A DNA stretch of 64,000 nucleotides from Parcubacteria group bacterium (lineage in GTDB: Bacteria > Patescibacteriota > Minisyncoccia > 2-02-FULL-40-12). Under the pieces are notes generated by a model. It saw nothing but the letters and a program-made list of their open reading frames with translations. It made no database searches and was not told where the DNA came from. Positions 8,369 to 18,568 of this stretch are shown here, in pieces. The position numbers and the translations under genes are program-made. The first letter of the stretch is position 1. Each line of letters opens with the position of its first letter. Location: positions 11,883 to 75,882 of the forward strand of contig JACPLU010000003.1 in assembly GCA_016186395.1 (NCBI GenBank), given 5' to 3'.

Positions 8369-11300
8369 TTGAGTCGTTGCAACTTTTTGCAAAAGAAAAA
8401 TCTCTCAAAATTTTTACCGGAAGTTGCCGAAATACCAAATCTTATAGAGATTCAGTTAGAATCTTTTAATTGGTTGACAAAGGTTGGGCTTCGCGAGCTT
8501 TTTACCGAGGTTTCTCCTATTGAAGATTGGACAGGGGAAGAATATGAATTACATTTTGTTGATTATAGAATTGAAGAACCGAAGTTAGATCAACAAACTT
8601 CTAAAGAAAAAAATATGACTTTTGAGTCTCCGTTGAGGGTAAAGCTTAAATTAATAGACAAGAAAATAGGAGCATCAAAAGAACAGGAAATTTATCTGAG
8701 TGATTTTCCTTTAATGACTGAAAGGGGAACCTTTATTATTAACGGAATTGAACGTGTTGTAATTTCTCAATTAGTTAGGAGTCCAGGCGCATTCTTTGTT
8801 CTTACTAAGGAAAACCGTTTTAGAAAACTCTTTGGCGCAAAAATTATACCTTCACGTGGAGCTTGGTTGGAATTTGAAACCGATGACTCCGGTGTGATTA
8901 GCGTAAGAATTGACAGAAAGAGAAAGGTTGCCGCAACAGCATTGTTGCGGGCTTTTGGTTATGGCACCGACGCAAAGATTAAAGAATTATTTGGATCAGA
9001 TGAGAAAATAATGCAATATGTTGCGCCTACCTTAGTGCAGGATCCATCTTCTTCGGAAGAAGAAGGTTTGGTGGAGATTTACAAACGCATTAGACCGGGT
9101 GACAGAGCTACGGTCGATAACGCCAGACAGATGGTTCATAATATGTTCTTTAATTTCAGTCGATATGATTTATCAAACGTTGGAAGACATAGGATGAATC
9201 AAAGATTTAATGGAAGTTTTCCTCTTGATGAAAAAAATAGAGTTTTAAAGCCGGAAGATATAGTAGAGGTTATGAAAGAGATTATAAGATTGAACAATGA
9301 TCCTCAAGCCGAACAAGATAATATTGATCATTTATCAAACAGAAGAGTAAAAACTATTGGTGAACAACTTCAAGGTAAATTAAGGATCGCTCTTGCAAGA
9401 ATTGAACGTATTGTGAAAGACAGAATGAGTACATTTGAGGTTGAAACAATCGTGCCAGCCCAGCTGATTAATTCTCGTCCTTTTAATGCCGCACTGAAAG
9501 AATTTTATGCTTCTGGTCAGCTCTCACAATTTATGGATCAGACTAATCCCTTATCTGAACTTGAGCATAAACGCAGGCTGTCAGCCTTGGGTCCCGGGGG
9601 ATTGTCTAGAGAAAGAGCGGGATTTGATGTTCGTGATGTCCACCCGAGTCACTACGGACGTATTTGTCCGATTGAGACTCCGGAAGGGCCAAACATCGGG
9701 TTAGTCGGTCACTTAGCAAGCTTTGCAAAGATTTCTCCCCTCGGATTTATCACTACTCCTTATAGAAAAGTTGAAAAAGGAAAGGTTTTGGATGACATAA
9801 TTTATATGGATGCGGCTGAAGAAGAGAAATTTGTAATTGCACAGGCCGGTATTAATATTGATTCTAATGATAAAATTTTAGATAAAATGGTTGCCGCGAG
9901 GGTTAATGGGGAACCAAGTTTTGTTCATGTAAGCGAGGTGGAGTTTATTGACGTGTCTCCCAAGCAGCCATTTTCTGTTGCTACTTCTCTAATTCCATTT
10001 TTAGAGCATGATGACGCAAATCGCGCTTTGATGGGATCTAATATGCAACGTCAGGCGGTTCCACTTGTCCGAACTCAAGCGCCATTAGTTGGAACCGGAA
10101 TGGAAAACAGGGTAGCTAAAGATTCCGGCATGGTTGTTGTCGCAGAAGACAATGGAGTTGTTAATTCAGTTGACGGTTCAAAGGTGGTCATCAAAACTGA
10201 TGCCGGTAAAACTAAGACTTATAATTTGTTAAAGTTTGCAAAATCAAACGCTTATACATCTATTAACCAAAAGCCTTTAATTGAGCCTGGTGAAAGAGTT
10301 AAGAAGGGTCAAGTTATTGCAGATGGTCCATCTACGGATAATGGCGAGTTGGCTTTAGGCCAAAATCTTTTGGTGGCCTTTCTTTCTTTTGAGGGTGCCA
10401 ACTTTGAAGATGCCATAGTTATATCCGAACGTTTAGTAAAAGAAGATACATTTTCGTCTATTCATATAGAGGACTATACAATAGATGTAAGAGAGACAAA
10501 ATTAGGTCCGGAAGTAATAACTTGTGATATCCCAAATGTAAGCGAAGAGAGGTTAAAGGATTTGGACAGCCAAGGAATTGTTAGAGTTGGGGCGGAAGTG
10601 AGATCACAAGATATTTTAGTCGGAAAGATTTCTCCAAAAGGTGAAGGTGATTTAACCCCAGAAGAAAGATTACTTCGGGCTATTTTTGGTGAGAAATCAA
10701 GAGATGTGAAAGATACCTCTTTGCGTCTTCCTCATGGTAAACAAGGAAGGGTTGTGGGTGTTAAGATTTTTTCGCGCGATGAGGGGTATAAATTGCCAGC
10801 AGGTGTTATGCAGACAATACAAGTTTCAATAGCTCAACGTAGAAAAGTTCAAGTTGGTGATAAACTTGCTGGAAGACACGGTAATAAAGGGGTAATATCG
10901 ACCATTTTGCCAGAAGAGGATATGCCGTTTTTACCAGATGGGCGTCCTGTTGATATTGTTTTAAGTCCTTTGGGTATTATCTCTCGTATGAATATAGGTC
11001 AGATTCTTGAAACTCATTTGGGATGGGCAGCAGACAAATTAAATTATCGAGCGGTAGTTCCTTCAATGGGCGGACCGACAGAGGCCGCTATCAAAGAGGA
11101 ACTTAAGAAAGCGGGTTTACCAGAAAATGGAAAGATTCAGCTTTATAATGGGAAAACAGGTACGCCGTTTGATCAGGAGACTACTGTTGGCATAATTTAT
11201 TTTATGAAATTGGGACATTTAGTTGAAGATAAGATTCATATGCGAGCCATAGGGCCATACTCATTGATTACACAGCAGCCATTAGGAGGAAAGGCCCAAT

Positions 11301-11533
11301 TTGGCGGCCAAAGATTTGGAGAGATGGAAGTATGGGCTCTTGAAGGATATGGAGCGGCTTATACATTGCAAGAGATGTTAACCATAAAGTCAGATGATGT
11401 AGTCGGAAGAGCCAAAACATATGAAGCAATCGTGAACAACGAAGAAATAAAGGCTCCGCATATACCCGAATCTTTTAAGGTGTTATTGTCAGAAATTAAA
11501 GGTTTGGGATTAGATGTGGAATTACAAGAATAA
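8369..11533 (+). CDS. rpoB: DNA-directed RNA polymerase beta subunit
   Basis: Full-length RpoB homology ([23 protein letters not shown], the NMQRQ region). Uses a TTG start, at 8369 or 8387; there is no ATG after the in-frame TAG at 8336. Confidence 0.95.
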   Translation: MSRCNFLQKKNLSKFLPEVAEIPNLIEIQLESFNWLTKVGLRELFTEVSPIEDWTGEEYELHFVDYRIEEPKLDQQTSKEKNMTFESPLRVKLKLIDKKIGASKEQEIYLSDFPLMTERGTFIINGIERVVISQLVRSPGAFFVLTKENRFRKLFGAKIIPSRGAWLEFETDDSGVISVRIDRKRKVAATALLRAFGYGTDAKIKELFGSDEKIMQYVAPTLVQDPSSSEEEGLVEIYKRIRPGDRATVDNARQMVHNMFFNFSRYDLSNVGRHRMNQRFNGSFPLDEKNRVLKPEDIVEVMKEIIRLNNDPQAEQDNIDHLSNRRVKTIGEQLQGKLRIALARIERIVKDRMSTFEVETIVPAQLINSRPFNAALKEFYASGQLSQFMDQTNPLSELEHKRRLSALGPGGLSRERAGFDVRDVHPSHYGRICPIETPEGPNIGLVGHLASFAKISPLGFITTPYRKVEKGKVLDDIIYMDAAEEEKFVIAQAGINIDSNDKILDKMVAARVNGEPSFVHVSEVEFIDVSPKQPFSVATSLIPFLEHDDANRALMGSNMQRQAVPLVRTQAPLVGTGMENRVAKDSGMVVVAEDNGVVNSVDGSKVVIKTDAGKTKTYNLLKFAKSNAYTSINQKPLIEPGERVKKGQVIADGPSTDNGELALGQNLLVAFLSFEGANFEDAIVISERLVKEDTFSSIHIEDYTIDVRETKLGPEVITCDIPNVSEERLKDLDSQGIVRVGAEVRSQDILVGKISPKGEGDLTPEERLLRAIFGEKSRDVKDTSLRLPHGKQGRVVGVKIFSRDEGYKLPAGVMQTIQVSIAQRRKVQVGDKLAGRHGNKGVISTILPEEDMPFLPDGRPVDIVLSPLGIISRMNIGQILETHLGWAADKLNYRAVVPSMGGPTEAAIKEELKKAGLPENGKIQLYNGKTGTPFDQETTVGIIYFMKLGHLVEDKIHMRAIGPYSLITQQPLGGKAQFGGQRFGEMEVWALEGYGAAYTLQEMLTIKSDDVVGRAKTYEAIVNNEEIKAPHIPESFKVLLSEIKGLGLDVELQE

Positions 11534-11605
11534 GTCGCTAGCCACTAGAAACTAGCCACTAGGAGTTTTTAATCTAGTCGTTAGTCATTAGTCGTTAGTC
11601 ATTAG
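11534..11605. repeat. CTAG/TAG-rich tandem repeats immediately 3' of rpoB
   Basis: gctagccactagaaactagccactagg, followed by tagtcgttagtcat x2. TAG occurs in all three forward frames. Related to the repeat at 23338-23415. Confidence 0.7.
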
Positions 11606-14600
11606 TTGGACTTTAGCTCAATTCGTGTAAAACTTGCTTCGCCAGAAGATATCTTAAACTGGTCACATGGAGAGGTAACAAAGCCGGAAACCATAAACTA
11701 TAGGACTCAAAGACCAGAGCCCGAGGGTTTGTTTTCGGAAAAGATTTTCGGTCCACAAAAAGACTGGGAATGTTATTGCGGTAAATATAGGAGAATAAGG
11801 TATAAGGGAATTATTTGTGATCGTTGCGGGGTAGAGGTTACTCGTTCTATAGTTCGACGTGAAAGAATGGGACATATTAGTTTGGCGGCTCCAGTCGCTC
11901 ATATTTGGTTTTTGCGCGGAGTACCAAGCAGAATGGCGATGTTGCTTGATTCATCTTTACCGGAATTGGAAAAAGTAATTTATTTTGCGGCCTATATAGT
12001 TACCAGAGTTAATGAAGAAGCTAAAACAGAAGCAATGAAAAAACTTGAGAGTGAGTTTCGTTCGGCAATGGCTATCTTAAAGAAGAAAGGGAATGACGAA
12101 AAGGAATTAGAAAAATTGAGAGCAATTAAAGAGCGTGAACGGCTTCTGCTTAGAAATATTCAAAAATATCAGATTCTTTCAGAAGTTGACTATCGAGAGC
12201 TTTCGTTGAAATATGCGGAAGTTTTTGAGGCCGGGATTGGTGCTGAAGCGGTGAAAAAATTGCTTTCAGAAATTGACTTGAATAGTTTGGCAATAGATGT
12301 CGAAAATAAACTTACTTCGGTTGATAACCCATTCTTGCAAAAGAAGATAGTAAGGAGATTAAAGTTGCTTAAAGGATTGGCGAAAGCCGGTATTAGGCCA
12401 GAATGGATGTTTCTTGATGTCATTCCGGTTATTCCACCTGATCTTAGACCAATGGTTCAGTTAGATGGTGGTCGTTTTGCCACATCGGACCTGAACGATC
12501 TTTATCGAAGAGTAATAAATCGGAATAACCGGTTAAAACACCTTATTGAATTAAGAGCGCCAGAAGTCATAACCAGAAACGAGAAAAGAATGTTGCAAGA
12601 AGCAGTAGACTCTTTAATAGATAATGCAATGAGAAGGGGACAGACAATTACCACTTCACAAGCTGGCCAGCGAAGAGCATTAAGGTCTTTGGCCGATATG
12701 TTAAAGGGAAAACAAGGAAGATTTAGACAGAACCTTTTAGGTAAAAGGGTTGATTATTCTGGACGTAGTGTAATCGTTATCGGACCAGAGTTGAATTTTG
12801 ACCAATGTGGTTTGCCAAAACACATGGCATTGGAACTTTTTAAACCTTTTGTAATTCAGAAATTAAAGGAAAGGGGAATAATTCATAACATTCCTGGAGC
12901 AAGACGACTTATTGAACAGGAAAGCCCCGAAGTTTGGGAAGCGTTAGAGGAGGCTATAAAAGATAAATTAGTTCTTCTTAATCGAGCTCCAACTTTACAT
13001 AGATTGGGAATTCAGGCTTTTCGTCCTATTCTTCACGAAGGTAAGGCGATCAGAATTCCGGCCATGCCAACTCATGCTTTTAACGCTGACTTTGACGGTG
13101 ACCAAATGGCTGTTCATTTGCCCTTAACCAAAGAGGCACAGGAGGAAGCCAAAAATTTGATGCTTTCTTCTAAGGGAATTCTAAAACCGGCCACTGGTCG
13201 TCCCATTGCTACGCCGACTAAAGATATTGCTTTTGGGATTTATTATTTAACTCTTGGAATTGACGGATTAATTGGTGAGGGGAAGGTTTTCGGTTCTCCG
13301 GGGGAAGCATTGATGGCATATGATAACAAATGTATTGAACTCCATTCTAAAATAAAAGTACGTTTTAATTCAAATTTAGAGACGGCAACTGACGAGAATA
13401 TAAAAAGTGAATTGGTTTTAACTACTGTTGGGAGGATTTTATTTAGTAAGATTTTACCAAGCGGAATGGCATATGTAAATCAAGCTTTAAACAAGTCTGA
13501 TCTTGAAAAAATAGAAGCAACAATTTTAGAGAAGTATGGAGAAACAATGGCAGCGGATTTTTTGAACAACGTTAAAGATCTTGGTTTCTTTTTCGCAACC
13601 GTTTCCGGTATATCGTGGTCTATGGATGATCTTCGTATTCCGGAGGAAAAACATCAAATTGTTGCTAAAGCTGATGAGTTGATTGAAAAAAATCACGAAC
13701 TTTATGAGCAAGGTCTTTTAACGGATCTTGAGCGAAAAATTAAAGCTATCGAAATATGGAATGACGTTAAGTCTGAAATTGGGAAATCAGTTAAAAAGGC
13801 TTTAAGATCTGATGATCCGGTTAAGATTATAGTAGATTCAAAGGCTCGAGGAAGTTGGGATACGGTTAACCAGCTTATGGGTATTAGAGGTTTATTTGCT
13901 AATCCAGCCGGAGAAATTATTGAACTGCCCGTGAAAAATTCTTTCAAAGAGGGCTTAAACGTTTTGGAATATTTTATTTCTACTCATGGTGCCCGAAAAG
14001 GATTAGCCGATACAGCCTTGCGTACGGCTACAGCAGGCTATCTTACTCGTAGATTAGTTGACGTAGCTCAAGATATCGTTGTTAGGGAGGAAGATTGTAA
14101 AGACAGCGAGGGCTATGATATTTATCGTGAAGATGGTAACTATACTGGAGAAACTTTGGGTGGCAGGGTTAGAGGAAGATTTGCCGCAGAAACAATAAAA
14201 TCAGATACAGGCGAAATTATAGCTAAGAAAGGAGAGTTAATAGATAAGGCTAAGGGTGACAAGATGGATTTAGCAAAGCTTAACCAAGTTCGGGTTCGTT
14301 CGGTTATAACTTGTAAGTCAAGAATTGGTTTGTGTCAGACTTGCTATGGTTATGATTTGGGTAGAAATAAAATTGTAGAACTCGGAGAATCGGTAGGAAT
14401 AGTAACGGCTCAAGCTATTGGAGAACCAGGCACCCAGCTTACTATGAGAACATTCCATACCGGTGGAGTTGCCGCATCTGGAGATATTACGTTGGGTTTG
14501 CCCCGTGTTGAGGAAATTTTTGAAGCCCGTATTCCCAGGTCACCAGGTGTAATTTCTGACGTTGACGGCAGGGTGGTCTCTATAGAAGAAAAGGGAAAGC

Positions 14601-15247
14601 AGAAGATTGTAAAAATTGAAATTACCAAAACTTCTAAAGAAGGTGGAGAAGTTGTTGCAAAACCTAGCGGTGAAATTAGAGAAATGATATTTCATCATCA
14701 CATTGCTTTAACTATGAAAGAGGGCGATGTTGTAATAAAAGGACAACCTCTTTCGGAAGGCCATCTTGATTTAAAAGAATTATTTATGATTACGGGCCGT
14801 AATAAAGCAGCCGTTGCTAGATACATAACCAGGGAAATTGAAAGCATTTACTTTACTTCTGGTGAGGGAATTCACGACAAACACGTTGAATTAATTATTC
14901 GTCAGATGTTTTCTCGCGTTAGAATTATAGATTCTGGAGATACGGACTTATTGGCTGGGGAAATAATGGAGGTCGGTCTAGTTTTAAATGAAAATGACAG
15001 AGTAATTGAAAAAGGGAAGAAGCCTGCTCAATTTGAACAATTATTGCTTGGTATTACCAAAGTATCTTTAACCACAGAAAGCTTTTTGTCAGCAGCTTCG
15101 TTCCAAGAGACGGCCAGAGTTTTAATTGATGCGTCAATTATGGGTAAAGAAGATCGGTTAAGGGGACTAAAGGAAAATGTAATTATCGGTCGTTTGATTC
15201 CTGCGGGGACGGGGTATCGGGTAAGAGAAGAAGGTGGTTTAGTGTAG
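11606..15247 (+). CDS. rpoC: DNA-directed RNA polymerase beta' subunit
   Basis: LASPEDILNWSHGEVTKPETINYRT and NADFDGDQMAVH are beta' hallmarks. Uses a TTG start. Confidence 0.95.
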   Translation: MDFSSIRVKLASPEDILNWSHGEVTKPETINYRTQRPEPEGLFSEKIFGPQKDWECYCGKYRRIRYKGIICDRCGVEVTRSIVRRERMGHISLAAPVAHIWFLRGVPSRMAMLLDSSLPELEKVIYFAAYIVTRVNEEAKTEAMKKLESEFRSAMAILKKKGNDEKELEKLRAIKERERLLLRNIQKYQILSEVDYRELSLKYAEVFEAGIGAEAVKKLLSEIDLNSLAIDVENKLTSVDNPFLQKKIVRRLKLLKGLAKAGIRPEWMFLDVIPVIPPDLRPMVQLDGGRFATSDLNDLYRRVINRNNRLKHLIELRAPEVITRNEKRMLQEAVDSLIDNAMRRGQTITTSQAGQRRALRSLADMLKGKQGRFRQNLLGKRVDYSGRSVIVIGPELNFDQCGLPKHMALELFKPFVIQKLKERGIIHNIPGARRLIEQESPEVWEALEEAIKDKLVLLNRAPTLHRLGIQAFRPILHEGKAIRIPAMPTHAFNADFDGDQMAVHLPLTKEAQEEAKNLMLSSKGILKPATGRPIATPTKDIAFGIYYLTLGIDGLIGEGKVFGSPGEALMAYDNKCIELHSKIKVRFNSNLETATDENIKSELVLTTVGRILFSKILPSGMAYVNQALNKSDLEKIEATILEKYGETMAADFLNNVKDLGFFFATVSGISWSMDDLRIPEEKHQIVAKADELIEKNHELYEQGLLTDLERKIKAIEIWNDVKSEIGKSVKKALRSDDPVKIIVDSKARGSWDTVNQLMGIRGLFANPAGEIIELPVKNSFKEGLNVLEYFISTHGARKGLADTALRTATAGYLTRRLVDVAQDIVVREEDCKDSEGYDIYREDGNYTGETLGGRVRGRFAAETIKSDTGEIIAKKGELIDKAKGDKMDLAKLNQVRVRSVITCKSRIGLCQTCYGYDLGRNKIVELGESVGIVTAQAIGEPGTQLTMRTFHTGGVAASGDITLGLPRVEEIFEARIPRSPGVISDVDGRVVSIEEKGKQKIVKIEITKTSKEGGEVVAKPSGEIREMIFHHHIALTMKEGDVVIKGQPLSEGHLDLKELFMITGRNKAAVARYITREIESIYFTSGEGIHDKHVELIIRQMFSRVRIIDSGDTDLLAGEIMEVGLVLNENDRVIEKGKKPAQFEQLLLGITKVSLTTESFLSAASFQETARVLIDASIMGKEDRLRGLKENVIIGRLIPAGTGYRVREEGGLV

Positions 15248-15480
15248 AAAACTCAATTATGAATTTCTTTTCGTATTCAACATCAACAAATAGTATTCGG
15301 TAAATCTTAATTTTCTGACAAAATTTTAGTATCCGTTTGCCATTACCAAAAACCAGGCATAAATGCCTGGTTTTTGGTAACATGTTTTCCGACTAAAATT
15401 TTGTTCTCATAAAATTAATGATTTGTCTCATCTATTTGTATTGATGTTTCATAAAGCAGAAATTTATAATTGAGTTTTCT
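15248..15480. repeat. Imperfect long inverted repeat of about 230 bp, centred on the rpoC terminator
   Basis: agaaaactcaattatgaatttct... (15243-15300) and its reverse complement agaaatttataattgagttttct (15455-15480). Inner arms aaattttgtcagaaaattaag and aaattttgttctcataaaattaat also pair. Confidence 0.6.
15343..15380. terminator. Bidirectional-type hairpin terminator after rpoC, at the centre of a large palindrome
   Basis: ttaccaaaaaccaggca..tgcctggtttttggtaa. The A/T runs form part of the stem. Confidence 0.65.
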
Positions 15481-15887
15481 ACCGAGAAATAAAAATAAAG
15501 TATGGTTATTTATATGTGACTCAAGTAAATTCAAAAATAATAACAAAACTTCTACGCTAAGCAAGCTTCTTGGGCACGCAAAATTCACCAGCGATGAAAA
15601 GGGGTTAGTATAGATGTAATTTATTCTGTTTCTTCAATTATTTTCGCCAATAAATAATTCTCATTATTTTTAAATTGGCGACACGCACCTCCTCGCTCCT
15701 GTTGTAGACGAGGAGGTGTCATTGTGTTAACGCCAATTTATCAAACAATTTCGGTTATTTATTTTTGGCTCAAATAGATTCAGAAACACAATAAATTATA
15801 TCTGCTACGAGCATAAAACTAACTATTAAATTCAGAAATAATAATAAAACTTCTACATGGATAAATTGATAAATTATTGGAAATAAA

Positions 15888-15932
15888 AAAAGAGGCCGCG
15901 GTTCCTTGTGCAGTGGAACCGCGGCCGGGGAA
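15888..15932 (-). terminator. GC-rich hairpin terminator on the minus strand, downstream of the small peptide gene
   Basis: ggccgcggttcc...ggaaccgcggcc, followed on the minus strand by 7 T (aaaaaaag on plus, 15880-15887). Confidence 0.6.
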
Positions 15933-15946
15933 AGGTGGGGGGATGG

Positions 15947-16021
15947 TTAGGAGCACTTCGCCAAGAAAAGAAATAAGGCGAAGGCCAGAAGAAACAAAAA
16001 TGGTGTAAAAACGTGCTTCAT
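15947..16021 (-). CDS. Unannotated 24-aa hydrophobic peptide, MKHVFTPFLFLLAFALFLFLAKCS
   Basis: RBS aaggagg 7 nt upstream of ATG (16019-16021, minus strand). Stop TAA at 15947-15949, with a terminator immediately downstream. Too short for the six-frame ORF track. Confidence 0.45.
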   Translation of the reverse strand: MKHVFTPFLFLLAFALFLFLAKCS

Positions 16022-16196
16022 TTTCTTTCCTCCTTTGGGTCTTTCTTGAAAGTAGGGCTGAATTGTCATACTTTCATTATCTTTATTATACTACTTTTTA
16101 TAGTAAAAAGTCAAGGCAAAAACTTAGTCAGTAAACCACAAGCCTTTTGTCTTTAAATACCATTGAAATCTAAATCTGGAATAGTATAATAGTTAG

Positions 16197-18404
16197 GTGG
16201 CTAAATCTAAAAAGGTTGTTAAATTGGTGCCGGAAAAAACGCAGTGGTTTGATCTGTCTCAAGAAACTAAAAATGGAATTTGGGTGGTATTAAGTTTTAC
16301 GGCCGCAGTTTTATCTGTTTTGGCCTTTTTGCATAAGGCCGGTACAGCAGGAGACATATTTTCAAGTTTTTCCAAAACTTTATTTGGCTGGGGTTTTTTT
16401 GTTATTCCGATTGCTTTTGCACTTTTGGGCTCGGCTTTTTTAAGGTCGTTTTCAAAAAAAGCATCTGTTGGGGCACTTTTTGGAACTGCTCTGATGGTTT
16501 TGGGTTTTTTAGGTGTTTTATTTGTTATTCGTGACGTTGATACTCAAGTTCGGTTAGTTCAGGGAGGGTATCTTGGAACAATTTTTGGGTTTCCACTCCT
16601 TAAACTCACAGGCTTTACCGCTTCATTGGTTGTTTTGTTAGCCGTAATTTTTGTATCATTTTTAGTTGCTTTAGATATTCCGTTTCATTCGTTAATTTTT
16701 AGAAAAAAGGAAGAAGGGGGAACAGATGAAGAGTCAAAGCTTAGCGGGGAATTAAATGAAAAATTAATTATTAAGCAGGGTTCTCAAGTGGTTGGTTCAA
16801 AGCCGATGTTTGAGGCCAAATCAATTCAACAAGATAAGAAGGTCGTTTCTGCATCGGTCCGGACGAAAGACGACGAAGAAAATGAATTTTCTATTCGAAC
16901 GGCGCTTAATAGAGAGTGGAAATTGCCTCCGCTAGAATTTTTGCACGCTGACAGCGACTCTCCAAAGGCGGGTGATATTGCCGCAAATGCCAGTATTATT
17001 AAAAGAACTTTGGCTAATTTCAGTATTGACGTTGAGATGGGTGAAGTTAACGTAGGACCAACCGTTACTCAATATACTTTGCGTCCGGCGGTAGGTGTAA
17101 AAATTGCAAAGATTACAACTTTGCAAAACGACCTTTCGTTAGCCTTAGCCGCTCATCCTTTACGTATTGAAGCTCCAATTCCTGGAAAGTCTCTAGTCGG
17201 TGTCGAGGTACCCAATAAAAAGTCAGCCCTGGTTGGTCTAAGAAATATTATTGAGTCCGAAGAATTTCAAAAAAGTCCCCACTTTTTGGCTTTGGGAGTT
17301 GGCCGTGATGTGGCTGGCTATCCTTTAGTTGCCGGATTAGAACGAATGCCCCATCTTTTAATAGCCGGAGCTACTGGGACAGGAAAATCAGTTTCTATTA
17401 ATACAGTACTTTTATCGCTTTTATACCGGCACTCTCCTGATATTTTAAAACTGATTATGATTGACCCGAAAAGAGTTGAACTTAGTTTGTATAACGGCAT
17501 ACCTCATTTAATAACTCCGGTAATTGTTGATTCTAAAAAGGCAATCAACGCTTTAAGGTGGGCAGTAAAAGAAATGGAGCGGCGTTATGAGCTTTTATCA
17601 GGTATCGGTTCACGCGATATATTTTCATATAATACAAAACAAGCCGCGGCTAAGAAGTCTTTGATCCCTTTTGTGGTCATCGTTATAGATGAATTGGCTG
17701 ATATTATGGCGGCTTATGGTCGTGATGTTGAAGGGGCAATTGTTCGTCTTGCTCAAATGGCGCGAGCAGTCGGGATTCATTTAATTGTTTCAACCCAACG
17801 GCCGTCGGTAGAGGTCATCACAGGTCTTATTAAAGCAAATATTACTTCGCGTATTGCTTTTCAGGTTGCTTCACAAGTTGACTCTCGAACAATTTTAGAT
17901 AATGCCGGCGCTGAAAAATTATTAGGCAACGGGGATATGCTTTATCAAGCAGGGGATGTAAGTAAACCAAAGCGTGTTCAGGGGGGTTATGTTTCAGAGA
18001 AAGAAGTAAAAGATGTGGTTAGATTTTTGAAAGACCAGGATTATGAAGCGACTCTGACAGCTGCGCCGGTTGGTGAAGATATAACTCAACCTCACTCTAA
18101 TATTAGTGACTTTACTGACTCTCACGACGACGATTATCAAGGCGGGGACGATCCATTATTTGAAGATGCCAAAGAAGTTGTTCTGCAAGCCAAGAAAGCA
18201 TCTTCTTCTTTGCTTCAGCGTAGACTACGCGTAGGTTATGCCCGCGCCGCACGTCTGATTGATATGCTTGAAGAAGCGGGTATAGTTGGCCCGGGCGAGG
18301 GCGCAAAACCAAGAGAAATTTTGGTTGGTACTCCAATTAGTATGGTCTCAACCGGCGAACCAATAGCCGTAGAGGAAGAAGAATCTCAAGATAATTTGAT
18401 ATAG
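16197..18404 (+). CDS. ftsK: DNA translocase FtsK/SpoIIIE
   Basis: N-terminal TM segments, a linker, then the ATPase domain with IAGATGTGKS (Walker A) and VVIVIDELAD (Walker B), and a C-terminal gamma-like domain. Confidence 0.9.
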   Translation: MAKSKKVVKLVPEKTQWFDLSQETKNGIWVVLSFTAAVLSVLAFLHKAGTAGDIFSSFSKTLFGWGFFVIPIAFALLGSAFLRSFSKKASVGALFGTALMVLGFLGVLFVIRDVDTQVRLVQGGYLGTIFGFPLLKLTGFTASLVVLLAVIFVSFLVALDIPFHSLIFRKKEEGGTDEESKLSGELNEKLIIKQGSQVVGSKPMFEAKSIQQDKKVVSASVRTKDDEENEFSIRTALNREWKLPPLEFLHADSDSPKAGDIAANASIIKRTLANFSIDVEMGEVNVGPTVTQYTLRPAVGVKIAKITTLQNDLSLALAAHPLRIEAPIPGKSLVGVEVPNKKSALVGLRNIIESEEFQKSPHFLALGVGRDVAGYPLVAGLERMPHLLIAGATGTGKSVSINTVLLSLLYRHSPDILKLIMIDPKRVELSLYNGIPHLITPVIVDSKKAINALRWAVKEMERRYELLSGIGSRDIFSYNTKQAAAKKSLIPFVVIVIDELADIMAAYGRDVEGAIVRLAQMARAVGIHLIVSTQRPSVEVITGLIKANITSRIAFQVASQVDSRTILDNAGAEKLLGNGDMLYQAGDVSKPKRVQGGYVSEKEVKDVVRFLKDQDYEATLTAAPVGEDITQPHSNISDFTDSHDDDYQGGDDPLFEDAKEVVLQAKKASSSLLQRRLRVGYARAARLIDMLEEAGIVGPGEGAKPREILVGTPISMVSTGEPIAVEEEESQDNLI

Positions 18405-18478
18405 TTCAATTTAAATATGACTTTGCATAGTTTTATTTTTTATAGAATATTGTAATATGATTATAATGAAGACCAGAA

Positions 18479-18502
18479 TCCATCCATCCATCCATCCATC
18501 CT
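18479..18502. repeat. (CCAT)n microsatellite
   Basis: ccatccatccatccatccatcc, between ftsK and the DGR RT. Confidence 0.9.
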
Positions 18503-18535
18503 AAGTTTTAGAAGAACTTTTATTTAGTTTATTTA

Positions 18536-18557
18536 GACCGCAATTAGCGGTTTTTTG
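18536..18557 (+). terminator. Weak hairpin plus T6 terminator after ftsK
   Basis: accgc aatta gcggt tttttt. Confidence 0.45.
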
Positions 18558-18568
18558 TTTCGTTTGTT

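Noticed and set aside
8287-8469. 60-aa ORF overlapping the rpoB start
   Set aside because: Out of frame with rpoB and located in the rpoB leader; no RBS or conservation signal.
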